Of a DNA stretch of 41,022 nucleotides, positions 18,684 through 27,722 are shown piece after piece (the first letter of the stretch is position 1; every line of letters begins with the position of its first letter). The stretch lies in the NCBI GenBank assembly GCA_040220235.1, contig JAVJTO010000042.1. One strand, written 5' to 3'. Position numbers and translations under genes: made by a program. The DNA comes from Coleofasciculus sp. B1-GNL1-01. GTDB lineage: Bacteria > Cyanobacteriota > Cyanobacteriia > Cyanobacteriales > Coleofasciculaceae. The notes beneath the pieces were generated by a model. The model saw nothing but the letters and a program-made list of their open reading frames with translations, was not told the origin of the DNA and did no database searches.

Positions 18684-19586
18684 TTACTGACAAGGCGTTA
18701 ACTGAGCCAAACGCAAAGTAATTTCATCAATCGCCCCCACTAATACCTGTCCCGATTGAGACGGTTGATTCACCATAATGCTAAACAGAATCGTCCCATA
18801 ATAGGGATGTTCCAAATACCCAGACAGACTTCTCACTCCCCGTAATGTCCCCGTTTTCGCCCGAATTCTGCCTTGAGTTTCAGGTAACCGTAAGCGATTT
18901 CTCAGGGTTCCATTTACCCCGGCAACGGGTAAGGAACGATAAAATAAATCATTCCCCTTGGCATACATCATCGCTTTTAATGTCGCGATTAATGCTTGCG
19001 GTGTGGCTACATTCTGCCGGGATAAACCTGAGCCATCAACCTGTCGAAAACCATTGGGGTCAACGCCTAAGGATGCTAACGTCTGCTTCACAGCAGAAGG
19101 TCCACCAATGTAACGCAGGAGGCTATCTGCATAGCTGTTACTGCTTCTCTGGTTGGTGACTGTCACCCATTCATCTAACGACTTTGATTGAATTAAGGCT
19201 CGCGAATCCAGCCGTTGTAAAGCGGCGGCTGTGGTAAAAAGTTTGTTATTGGAGGCTGGGATGAGAAATTGATTGGCGTTGTGGCTGTAGGAAATCGCCG
19301 GATTCGATACCGATTCCACTACAATCCCCCATTTGCCCCCCGCTAAATTGGGACGATTAATGATTGAGTCGATATACAGTCCCAAAAAATTGGGACAAAC
19401 GCCACTTGTTCGACGTTCTGGAGGCGGAACAAAAATTTCAATCGAATCGGCGCTTTTGGTTAAATTAGCCGCCGTTGTCGCCCTGGCGATGCTGGGAGTC
19501 ATGACATTACCCATCGCCATCATACCGACGGTGAGCATGGCTAGGGATTGCTTCTGCCAAGGATTCATTGGTTTCATCGTCTGCAA
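18684..19586 (-). CDS. dacB: D-Ala-D-Ala carboxypeptidase/endopeptidase, peptidase S13 (short form)
   Basis: PASNNK (SxxK), SSN (SxN), DGSGLSR and AKTGTL motifs; signal peptide. Confidence 0.9.
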   Translation of the reverse strand: MQTMKPMNPWQKQSLAMLTVGMMAMGNVMTPSIARATTAANLTKSADSIEIFVPPPERRTSGVCPNFLGLYIDSIINRPNLAGGKWGIVVESVSNPAISYSHNANQFLIPASNNKLFTTAAALQRLDSRALIQSKSLDEWVTVTNQRSSNSYADSLLRYIGGPSAVKQTLASLGVDPNGFRQVDGSGLSRQNVATPQALIATLKAMMYAKGNDLFYRSLPVAGVNGTLRNRLRLPETQGRIRAKTGTLRGVRSLSGYLEHPYYGTILFSIMVNQPSQSGQVLVGAIDEITLRLAQLTPCQ

Positions 19587-20094
19587 GTCTTTACAATCTG
19601 GGCATCGTGAGAGAGAGCATGAGCAAAGCGCGATCGCTAATTGAGCAAGATAACATGATGCGGCTCATTGCGGCACGATAAGTCTGCTCTGTAGGTGAGA
19701 ATGCACGGACGTAGCATACTACATCTCTATACAATTCCATCAATTGCCAGGAATTATCCCTGAACACTGAACACCTTAGATCAACAGGGACAGGGATTAT
19801 GTTCCCGTCATTTTGCTTTATGTCGTGGTTTTACTGGCTCAAACCGTTGTCCTCAGGACAGTTTGCCGTTTTTCCAGGAAACGTTCTTTTTCCGCCAATC
19901 TCCCCATCCCCCATCACCTTAAGTTCGACACCCATGGTTGTGCCGATAACCCTACCTTATCCGGTTCCCTGTCTGATGACGCCGAACGGTTTCTACACAA
20001 AAATCAACATTCTTGAAAGTAGCCGATTAAAAATTAAACATTATTTAAAGAATAACAATTGACAAACCCGCGAAAATGTGAACTAAAAATAATC

Positions 20095-20123
20095 TTGTCA
20101 ATAAATTAAACCTGTATTATAGT
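20095..20123 (+). promoter_or_regulatory. Putative sigma70-type promoter of the dsrE-like operon
   Basis: TTGTCA-N17-TATAGT, 58 bp upstream of ATG 20182. Confidence 0.5.
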
Positions 20124-20181
20124 TAGGAGTCCTGGCATTATTAGTGCTTGATTTGACTAATCGGTTGGAGCGCCAAGCAGA

Positions 20182-20499
20182 ATGGCAAAGTATTTCTTAA
20201 TCGAATCAAGGAGTTCCTTTGATTCAACCCAAGTAAGTCAGAATTATCAGTTGGCATCAGATTTAGCCAATGCTGGCAATGAAACCACCTTGTTTCTGGT
20301 GGAAAATGGCGTATTAGCCGCTCGTGCGGCGGCAGCGAATAGTTTAGCAAATCTCAAGGCGGTCAATGTATTGGCAGATGATTTTTCCCTGAGAGAACGT
20401 GGTATCTCAGAGACAGAACTGGGCGATGGCGTGCAAGTGGCTAGCATTGCGGCTGTGGTTGATGCCATGGCAGAAGGACAAAAAACAATTTGGCTGTAA
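20182..20499 (+). CDS. DsrE/F/H-superfamily protein (DsrH/TusB-like, no Cys)
   Basis: LFLVENGVLAA and ADDFSLRERGI pattern; 105 aa. Confidence 0.75.
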   Translation: MAKYFLIESRSSFDSTQVSQNYQLASDLANAGNETTLFLVENGVLAARAAAANSLANLKAVNVLADDFSLRERGISETELGDGVQVASIAAVVDAMAEGQKTIWL

Positions 20500-20519
20500 C
20501 CTAAGATAAGCGAACAAAA

Positions 20520-20930
20520 ATGAGTACCAAAACCTTAACCTTTTCGATTATGGATGGTCCTTTTGAACAAGCAAGGACAACCACGGCGTTTCGGATGATT
20601 CATGAGGCAATTGAGCGTGGGTATAATGTGAATGTTTTTGCTTACGAAGGGGCAGTTTCTTTAGCCTTTGCTCATCAAAAACCCCATGCCAATGCGGTTC
20701 ATGGGAGAAGTGTGGAGGAAGAAGATCATCCCTTAACTAAAGATTGGATTGCTGCATTACAGGAAAAAGCCAAAGCTAAGGGGTGTCAATTAGATTGGAT
20801 TAATTGCGGGCTTTGTGTAGACGAGCGAGGGGTAAATGAAGCGATTGATGGTTGTCGTCGTGGTAAACCTAGTGATTTATGGAAATGGGCGAGTGAGTCG
20901 GATGGAACGTTAATTATTGCGACGAAATAG
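20520..20930 (+). CDS. DsrE/TusD-like sulfur-relay protein with CxxC
   Basis: IMDGPF, VFAYEGAV and NCGLCVDERG (position of the DsrE active Cys). Confidence 0.8.
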   Translation: MSTKTLTFSIMDGPFEQARTTTAFRMIHEAIERGYNVNVFAYEGAVSLAFAHQKPHANAVHGRSVEEEDHPLTKDWIAALQEKAKAKGCQLDWINCGLCVDERGVNEAIDGCRRGKPSDLWKWASESDGTLIIATK

Positions 20931-20950
20931 GAAGGATTGGAGATACTAAG

Positions 20951-21331
20951 ATGAAAGCGCTACAAATCATTGAATCTGCTTATCGCTGTACGATTGAAGA
21001 ACAAGATGATCCCTGTGTTTGGATTTCCCAAGCGATGAAAGGTGCTGGGGCTGATTTGGATATTCTGCTGAGAGGGAATGCGGTGAATTATGCCGTGAGT
21101 GGACAAGATGCATCTGGACTTGTGTTTGGAGATAAGTCACAAACCCAACCACCTAAACTGGATCAAGATTTGCAGGGGGCCATAGAGAAGGGAATTACGG
21201 TTTATATTGTGGCAGATGATGTCAAATCTCGTGGGATTCCTGAAGGGAAAATGATTAACGGTGTGACTCAAATTGCTCGTCAGGATTTGCCAGGGTTATT
21301 TGGTAATTATGATCAAATTTGGCATTGGTAA
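20951..21331 (+). CDS. DsrF/TusC-like protein
   Basis: ILLRGNAVNYAV..GQ, VYIVADDVKSRGI and YDQIWHW pattern. Confidence 0.75.
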   Translation: MKALQIIESAYRCTIEEQDDPCVWISQAMKGAGADLDILLRGNAVNYAVSGQDASGLVFGDKSQTQPPKLDQDLQGAIEKGITVYIVADDVKSRGIPEGKMINGVTQIARQDLPGLFGNYDQIWHW

Positions 21332-21542
21332 AAGTTAGCGGTTATGTAGAGACATTCCAGCGAAACGTCTTGATACCTTCGTTAGTAGAGGCAGGTTTAG
21401 CCCATGTAGGAGGAGGGTTTAGGGACTCTGTAGGGGCGGGTTTAGGGACTCAAGTCAGCTATTCACCGATAACAAAAAAACAAAACCCGCTCTAAGTCAT
21501 AATTATCAGCGCCTAACCTGACTATAAAACAGTCAGAATATC

Positions 21543-21694
21543 TCATCGTCCAGCATAAGTCACCCTCTCGCTCGTCAAATCCAAATCTGGCAACGTCGGT
21601 GAGACAATCCGCTCATTATCCTGAAAAACCTGTTCCTCATAAAGCCCTTCAACCCACTCCAGCACCGTAACTTTTTCGGGGATGTGATCGTCAT
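21543..21694 (-). pseudogene. Uma2 (DUF820) endonuclease remnant with large internal deletion
   Basis: ATG at 21694 gives MTITSPKKL (Uma2-like N-terminus). A shifted frame gives EKVTVLEWVEGLYEEQVFQDNERIVSPTLPDLDLTSERV..stop (Uma2-like C-terminus). Confidence 0.7.
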
Positions 21695-21741
21695 AATTAC
21701 CAAGCCTCTGCCAAAGACATACCTGTTCTATCAGTCAGCAA

Positions 21742-22782
21742 CTAAAACAATAAACTCAATAGCAGCAAAACGACTAAAATAACTCCAATTAAAATAGCCG
21801 TCCCCACCATCAAATTACCAATCTCATCCACAGTCCCCCGAATCCCTCTCACCATCCGCCCTAAATTTAAGGGAAACCGAACCAATACCTGCAACGGAAG
21901 CGGTAATTGGTGCAATTCAAAACTATATCCAGGAGTACGCCTTGCTTCCACTTCAAACCTCCCCTTAACCCAGTTTATATCTCGCCCCTGCTGACGCGCT
22001 TCCCAAAGTAAACTTCCGGCTAACTGCAATAAAAAGGGATGCGTACCCCCCAATTGTTTTGCCAATTTCTGATCTGGGGGACTCAACGCCGCTTGTCCCT
22101 CTTTACCCTGACTATCGGATAAACGCACTAATTTCCACGCCTCCTCCTCCCGCAATTCCCCCAACGCCAACACCTGACTCAAATTAAAAAACGGCGAGGT
22201 GAGACGATACCGATGCTGATAAAATTCCAATTTCCGGGGAGACGCTACCACTACCATTAACGCACCACTATCAACAAGCGATCGCAGGTTATCAAAGAAT
22301 CCATCATCAAATTCCCGATAATGACGGATTAGTACTTCAAAGTCATCCAAACAGAGTACCGCTAACACGCCTTGTCGTTTCCAATGTCCCATGGCGCTAC
22401 TAAATGCCAAGCGGTTAAACTGTGGAACTCTCAGCGCCTCCATTAACCTCGGTTGACGCTGCACTTGGGGATGATTCCACAACAGTCGCCCAACCTTATG
22501 ATAAAATCCCTCGTCCCCATGACAGTCGGGATTCTGAAGCGAAAGATAAATGCTAATAAACCGATCCGGTTGAGAAACGTATTCCTGATACGTTTGACAG
22601 AAGTGATAAAGCAGCCAGGATTTGCCAATGCGTCTGCGCCCAACCACATTTAAGCTACCGGGTAGGGTACCTGTCATCTGAGTAGTCATCTGTTGCAACT
22701 CCTCGTGGCGTCCCACAAAAAATCGGGAATCCGCGATCGCTGCACCGACTATAAATGGACAAGACGGTTGCACTGAACTCAT
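21742..22782 (-). CDS. STAND-like AAA ATPase with C-terminal TM helix
   Basis: PFIVG..FFVGR..EL, Walker A GRRRIGKS, Walker B LCLDDFE, GGTHPFLLQ; hydrophobic C-terminal tail. Confidence 0.85.
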   Translation of the reverse strand: MSSVQPSCPFIVGAAIADSRFFVGRHEELQQMTTQMTGTLPGSLNVVGRRRIGKSWLLYHFCQTYQEYVSQPDRFISIYLSLQNPDCHGDEGFYHKVGRLLWNHPQVQRQPRLMEALRVPQFNRLAFSSAMGHWKRQGVLAVLCLDDFEVLIRHYREFDDGFFDNLRSLVDSGALMVVVASPRKLEFYQHRYRLTSPFFNLSQVLALGELREEEAWKLVRLSDSQGKEGQAALSPPDQKLAKQLGGTHPFLLQLAGSLLWEARQQGRDINWVKGRFEVEARRTPGYSFELHQLPLPLQVLVRFPLNLGRMVRGIRGTVDEIGNLMVGTAILIGVILVVLLLLSLLF

Positions 22783-22977
22783 GAATCAGAGGAAAATGAC
22801 TCGACAAGCATACTCAACAGTTATCATTTTCTTCTACTTTGCAACCTTTCTCCTTCCCTTCTGCCTTTTGCCTTAATAAAAAATTAGGCAATTCATCTCA
22901 CCCCCCTAGCAGGAATGAAATGAATTGCCTCTTGACAAGTGTCAAAGCACTGGTCAATTCGTAAGATTTGGCTGTAG

Positions 22978-23295
22978 TCAGCGGCTTTGAACCGCAACTA
23001 CCGCCTTTTCGACAGGAGCATCAAGCACCCGCAGACTGGGAAACAGAAAATGATTTTCCTCAACATATTGAGCGCCAAATAAACCTTTTTCTGCCCAGAA
23101 ATAACGGTCTGTCGTATGCTCATTTCGCTTAACTAGTAGCAAAGCGGGCGGAATAATCCCGGCTGATTGAATATATTTACGTGCTGCTGTAACCGGTTTA
23201 TCTTCACCGCTTTCTAGATTATACTGAGGCACATGTTCTAGGATCTTGCGCCCCTCTTGGCGGCGGCGACTCTTGCGTTTACGTCTTCTTGCCAA
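22978..23295 (-). CDS. DUF3155-family conserved cyanobacterial protein
   Basis: MARRRKRKSRRRQEGR..KPVTAARKYI..RNEHTTDRYFWAEKGLFGAQY; GGAGG SD before TTG start. Confidence 0.85.
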   Translation of the reverse strand: MARRRKRKSRRRQEGRKILEHVPQYNLESGEDKPVTAARKYIQSAGIIPPALLLVKRNEHTTDRYFWAEKGLFGAQYVEENHFLFPSLRVLDAPVEKAVVAVQSR

Positions 23296-23534
23296 CCTCT
23301 TTACCTCCTCTTTTTGCCGACAGTTGTAATGTTAGTTACAAAAGCCGTCGTAAGTATATCTGCTTGAATCTGAAATATCAATATCTTTTTATTCTTTGAT
23401 AGATCTACCTAAAATGCCTCAATGCTAAGTTTGAAAGAGGCTTTGAGCGATGACCCTTTAAAAATCACTACTAAAAAAATTAATTTTTCGTTAAAAAAGT
23501 TCACAAAAAGCCGCCGGAGAGGGCTGGGAGGCTG

Positions 23535-23606
23535 GGAAGATGAGGGAGATGAGGGAGATGGGGGAGATGAGGGAGATGGGGAAGATGGGGGAGATGGGGG
23601 AGATAA
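23535..23606 (+). repeat. 9-bp tandem repeat GGrAGATGr (about 8 units)
   Basis: Direct reading; followed by CAAAGGA/CAAATGA heptamers. Confidence 0.9.
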
Positions 23607-23744
23607 TAAAGAACAAAGGACAAATGACTGTCATCCTACACCTTTTGGGTAATAGTCAGTCGTGTCAATTGTTCGACATTATAGAAAAGGAACCTCTATT
23701 GGGTTCTGTCGTAAAAGCCCTCTGGTGGTGATCACGCAATTCTC

Positions 23745-25175
23745 ATGTTCATTCCTGCTAGTTCAGAATTTGTCGCCTTGTGTCAATCACAGGTTGGAAT
23801 ACTCACTCAAAGTCTAGGCGCGGCGTTGAGTGCGGTATATTTAACAACGGATAAGCTTGACGAGGCAGCGCAACCTAAGCTGATTCCGGTAGTGGTCTAT
23901 CCAGAAGCGGCGATATGGGAAGAGGAGGATACGGAGTTAACATTGCCCGATCGCATGAGTTCAGTAGATACGATTCCCCGCCTTGCTGAAGCTGTACCTC
24001 GCCTTTTGCCTCAACCTGCTGACGATCACCATCTCCCCGATTCCACCTCACTCTCTCAGGACAACTATCCCTTATCTCAAGGACGGCAAATGGTTTTGCC
24101 TCTAATCCACGAAGAAGTAGTTATGGGATTATTAGTCACAAGTCGCGATGATCGACCGTGGAATGAAAAAGAACAGACAGCGATTGAACGCATCGCTGGA
24201 ACATTGACACTTGCTTACTTAATGGATCGGCGTCGGGCTTGGTTTGAGCAGGAATGGACTCAGCAACGCCGCCTCCAAGCACAGCAACGGGATCGGCTTG
24301 ATGATATCCTGCATCAATTTCGCAATCCTTTAACTGCGTTGCGAACTTTTGGCAAACTGCTACTCAATCGACTGCAACCCGATGATAAAAATCATAACGT
24401 TGCCGCTAGTATTGTGCGAGAGAGCGATCGCTTGAAGGAACTGTTACAAGATTTTGATGAGTGCTTAGATGAGAATGCACAAACCAGTGAACCTTTAACC
24501 TTACCTGCATCAGCCAGCGCCGCAACCTGTCCCCTCTCCGAATCAGACGAGAATGGTAAAATTGTAGCTCCAGTTAACTCAGAATCAGACACAGACGCAT
24601 CCGCCATTCCTTTACTTCCGGGTAAACCCCTAATTGTCGAGTCATTCACCATCACCGAAGTATTAGAACCCCTGCTCATTTCCGCCCAAGCGATCGCAGG
24701 AGAACGGGATTTAGAATTACGTTACTCGATTCCCCAAGACTTACCCCCTGTGCGGGCAAACGCTAGGGCGTTACGAGAGGTCTTAAATAATTTAATTGAC
24801 AATGCCTTAAAATACACACCCGCTGGGGGGCAAATTGATGTGGAAGCAGGTGTGGGTCAACCTAAAGATGAGGCGAGGACAATGGTAGGAATTGCGATTA
24901 CTGACACTGGAGTTGGAATTCCGCCCCAAGACATCGAGCATTTATTTGAGCGGCGTTATCGTGGGATTCAAGCCAACACAGGGATTCCAGGGAGTGGTTT
25001 AGGGTTAGCGATCGCCAAAACACTGATTGAACAAATGCAGGGTCAAATCGAGGTCTTTAGTCCGGCGCAGTCCCCGTGGATTCAATCTCAGTCAGACCCA
25101 GCGATTCAGAGATCGGGGGAGGAGTCAATGAAGGGAACAACGTTTGTGGTTTGGTTACCAACTAATGAATCATGA
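23745..25175 (+). CDS. hik2: GAF-domain sensor histidine kinase, Hik2/CSK type
   Basis: ASSEFVALCQSQV N-terminus, GLLVTSRDDRPW, H-box LHQFRNPLTALRTFGKLL, NALKYTP, DTGVGI, GSGLGL. Confidence 0.88.
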   Translation: MFIPASSEFVALCQSQVGILTQSLGAALSAVYLTTDKLDEAAQPKLIPVVVYPEAAIWEEEDTELTLPDRMSSVDTIPRLAEAVPRLLPQPADDHHLPDSTSLSQDNYPLSQGRQMVLPLIHEEVVMGLLVTSRDDRPWNEKEQTAIERIAGTLTLAYLMDRRRAWFEQEWTQQRRLQAQQRDRLDDILHQFRNPLTALRTFGKLLLNRLQPDDKNHNVAASIVRESDRLKELLQDFDECLDENAQTSEPLTLPASASAATCPLSESDENGKIVAPVNSESDTDASAIPLLPGKPLIVESFTITEVLEPLLISAQAIAGERDLELRYSIPQDLPPVRANARALREVLNNLIDNALKYTPAGGQIDVEAGVGQPKDEARTMVGIAITDTGVGIPPQDIEHLFERRYRGIQANTGIPGSGLGLAIAKTLIEQMQGQIEVFSPAQSPWIQSQSDPAIQRSGEESMKGTTFVVWLPTNES

Positions 25176-25233
25176 ATTTGAATTAATGAGTCAAAAAAAC
25201 ACTGAATGACCCCAGCGAGAGTCTATCTCACCA

Positions 25234-25266
25234 AGATCCCCGACTTCTCCAAGAAGTCGGGGATCT
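25234..25266. terminator. Strong hairpin between convergent genes
   Basis: AGATCCCCGACTTCT-CCA-AGAAGTCGGGGATCT perfect inverted repeat; may be a REP-type element. Confidence 0.6.
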
Positions 25267-25284
25267 GTGTACCCTCTGTGTACC

Positions 25285-26529
25285 CTAGTTGGTGCTGATG
25301 ACTAAATTCTCATCAAGTGTGATATCTAAATCGGTATCCGGTTCAATCACAATCAAATCCACACTGTTGCGACCGAGGAAGCGTTGGATTAAGCTCAATG
25401 CTACACCAGAGCCTGTACCAATCAACAATTCTTCCGTCGCGATCGCCCGATCTCCGGTTACCGCTGAAATCGCCGCCGCCGCCGCTGTACCGAGTGCAGC
25501 ATTCTTGACCAGATTCCCGACACTACTACCTTGAGTAACTGTTTCAGTTGTGGTGATTACTTCAGACGCCGCATCAATCGTCATTTGCTGACCATTCATC
25601 ACCAGTTTCTCGGCGATAAATTGAGCGCCACCATCTGTAGAACGCAACTCACCCACAACCTCACTACCCGCCGGAATCAATACTTTACCATCAGAGGTTG
25701 TGATATTCGCATCGACGGTTAATGTTAAGGGTAATTGTTCGTCTTCTTCAGCGATCAGAATTTTCTCTCGGATATATTTAACGGGAATAGTTGTACCCGC
25801 AGGAATCGTGAAATTTTGAGCAACAGGCGTCGGATCAGCAATGTACTGCGAACTGACAACTTGTGCTTCTCCTTCACTCACCAAAGCTTGGTAAATAAAT
25901 GCCGCAACTTCAGCACGACTAGCATTCCGCTGGGGATTTAATGATTTAACGTTAGGATAATTCACCACCAAGCGTTCTTCTGTAGCAGCAGCTATTGGTG
26001 TCCGCGCCCAACTGGAAATGCGAGAGGCATCATTGTAGTAATTTAAAACACTGGTTGAACTGGCTGAATAATCCAAACCATTTGCCAATGAAACTAAGAC
26101 TTGTTCACGGGGAATATTTTGTTCGGGTCTAAAAACATTACCCGGATAACCCGTTAAAAATCCCGTTTTATAAGCATCTTGAATGGCAGAATACGCCCAG
26201 TATCTTGAGGGGACATCAACAAAGTTCGTTGAACCCCGTTGATCGGCTTTATTAAAAGCCTGATTTGCCTTACGCATCATAGCCGCAAACTGGGCGCGAG
26301 TTACAGGAGCATCCGGTCGGAATGTACCATCCGGAAAACCAGCAATAATATCCCGTTGGGCTAATTCGGTAATAAAGTCTTCCGCCCAGTAGGTAGAAGA
26401 AACATCTGAGAAATTTGTGCTTTGGGCAAGGGCTGATGTGCCTGTGGCGAAGGGCGCGATCGCACCAGCCGTTAATCCAAAGGCTAAAAATGCAGCGGTT
26501 CCAGATTGCCAGGGATGAAAGTTAGACAT
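25285..26529 (-). CDS. S-layer homology (SLH) domain protein
   Basis: Three SLH repeats (FSDV..YWA..GFPDGTFRP..TRAQFAA, IPREQ, SRAEVAA); C-terminal glycine-zipper-like region. Confidence 0.92.
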   Translation of the reverse strand: MSNFHPWQSGTAAFLAFGLTAGAIAPFATGTSALAQSTNFSDVSSTYWAEDFITELAQRDIIAGFPDGTFRPDAPVTRAQFAAMMRKANQAFNKADQRGSTNFVDVPSRYWAYSAIQDAYKTGFLTGYPGNVFRPEQNIPREQVLVSLANGLDYSASSTSVLNYYNDASRISSWARTPIAAATEERLVVNYPNVKSLNPQRNASRAEVAAFIYQALVSEGEAQVVSSQYIADPTPVAQNFTIPAGTTIPVKYIREKILIAEEDEQLPLTLTVDANITTSDGKVLIPAGSEVVGELRSTDGGAQFIAEKLVMNGQQMTIDAASEVITTTETVTQGSSVGNLVKNAALGTAAAAAISAVTGDRAIATEELLIGTGSGVALSLIQRFLGRNSVDLIVIEPDTDLDITLDENLVISTN

Positions 26530-26946
26530 TAAAGGCGTTCTCCAACACGAATCGTTTTGTTTGTTAATTTACTAGACCGTTTAGAATTCCAGATGTTCCT
26601 AAAATTTTCCTACCCATTCATTAGATAAAGTTTAGCAAGAAAATGTTTTGCTCGTCACTGCTTTATGGGAACATTTTCAGTGTGAATGACGATCCGTCCG
26701 GACAATTAGTTGCCAAAAAATAAAAAATCCTCTACTGACTTTTAGAGTAAAGGATAAAAGCTGAATAAGCTGGGAAAGCCGACCTTTAGGGGCGGTTTTT
26801 ACCCATAAGGTTTTAGCCCTGTCGGTAAAATTTGACTAAACCTATCCGGATAACATTTTGTGACACATCGATAACTGGACTAAGCCTGCCCTTGGGGGAG
26901 AAAAAATGGACTGAGAACTCAAATGACCAACCCCAATCCCACATCA

Positions 26947-27369
26947 CTAAGATTGCTGGTCAATCCAGCGGTGGTAGAGTTTTTGAATGGCTTTAAGCAC
27001 ACTATTATGAGTGGACTTGGGGGAAGCCTGGGCGGGATCGAGAAGCTGTAAGCGAGTGAGCAGTTTAGCCTCTTCTGTGTCCACATCGCCATCGCTGTAA
27101 ATCAAAGCACTAATCGCTTCAATCAAGCCCTGATAATCCTCTTGGCTGGGATGATCACCCAAATACTCTTGCACCCATCTATAACACTGGTCACTGGATA
27201 CCGATTTGAGTTCGTTCAACAAGGGTCGAATTTCTGGGTCTTCAGCCACATTGGATTGCTGGGCGACTTGGCGCAGATACTGCCGTTCCTCTGGCTGAAT
27301 TCGACCATCGATCCAAGCTGCACCAATCAGAATCTTTACGAGCTGTTTGACGTGAGAGTCTGTAACCAT
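26947..27369 (-). CDS. TerB-like (tellurite resistance family) protein
   Basis: AAWIDGRIQPEERQYL and LIYSDGDVDTEEAKLL duplicated DG..E motifs. Confidence 0.8.
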   Translation of the reverse strand: MVTDSHVKQLVKILIGAAWIDGRIQPEERQYLRQVAQQSNVAEDPEIRPLLNELKSVSSDQCYRWVQEYLGDHPSQEDYQGLIEAISALIYSDGDVDTEEAKLLTRLQLLDPAQASPKSTHNSVLKAIQKLYHRWIDQQS

Positions 27370-27470
27370 GACATTTTTCTACAAAGAACTTCTGCTCTAT
27401 CTATATCAGAACTGTCCCCAAAAATGCGCTTAGACGTTCTAATCTTTACCAATGAGCAGGCTTGGTTAAG

Positions 27471-27594
27471 GGAAGATGGGGGAGATGGGGAAGATGAGGG
27501 AGATGGGGAAGATGGGGGAGATGGGCAAGATGGGGGAGATGAGGAAGATGGGGGAGATGGGCAAGATGGGCAAGATGGGGAAGATGGGCAAGAT
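27471..27594 (+). repeat. 9-bp tandem repeat GGvAGATGr (about 13 units)
   Basis: Direct reading; same unit family as 23535-23606. Confidence 0.9.
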
Positions 27595-27677
27595 TGTGTA
27601 GGGGCGGGTTTTACCACTAACGTTTCGTTTTCACCCTGATATAACTAAACCCGCCCCGACCTGACCGTTCAATTATC

Positions 27678-27722
27678 ACAAATGACAAATGACCAATGAC
27701 CAATGACCAATGACAAATGACT
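27678..27722 (+). repeat. Heptamer short tandem repeat (STRR-like) CmAATGA
   Basis: CAAATGA/CCAATGA x6 immediately after the rsmB stop. Confidence 0.85.

Noticed and set aside
19799..20062. Short ORFs between dacB and the dsrE-like operon
   Set aside because: No recognisable motif or SD and atypical composition; likely non-coding.
23422..23731. ORFs with GDEGD / MREMG repeats
   Set aside because: Translations of the 9-bp intergenic tandem repeat.
27142..27639. ORFs with EDGGDG / PSSP repeats
   Set aside because: Same 9-bp repeat, and they overlap the terB-like gene.
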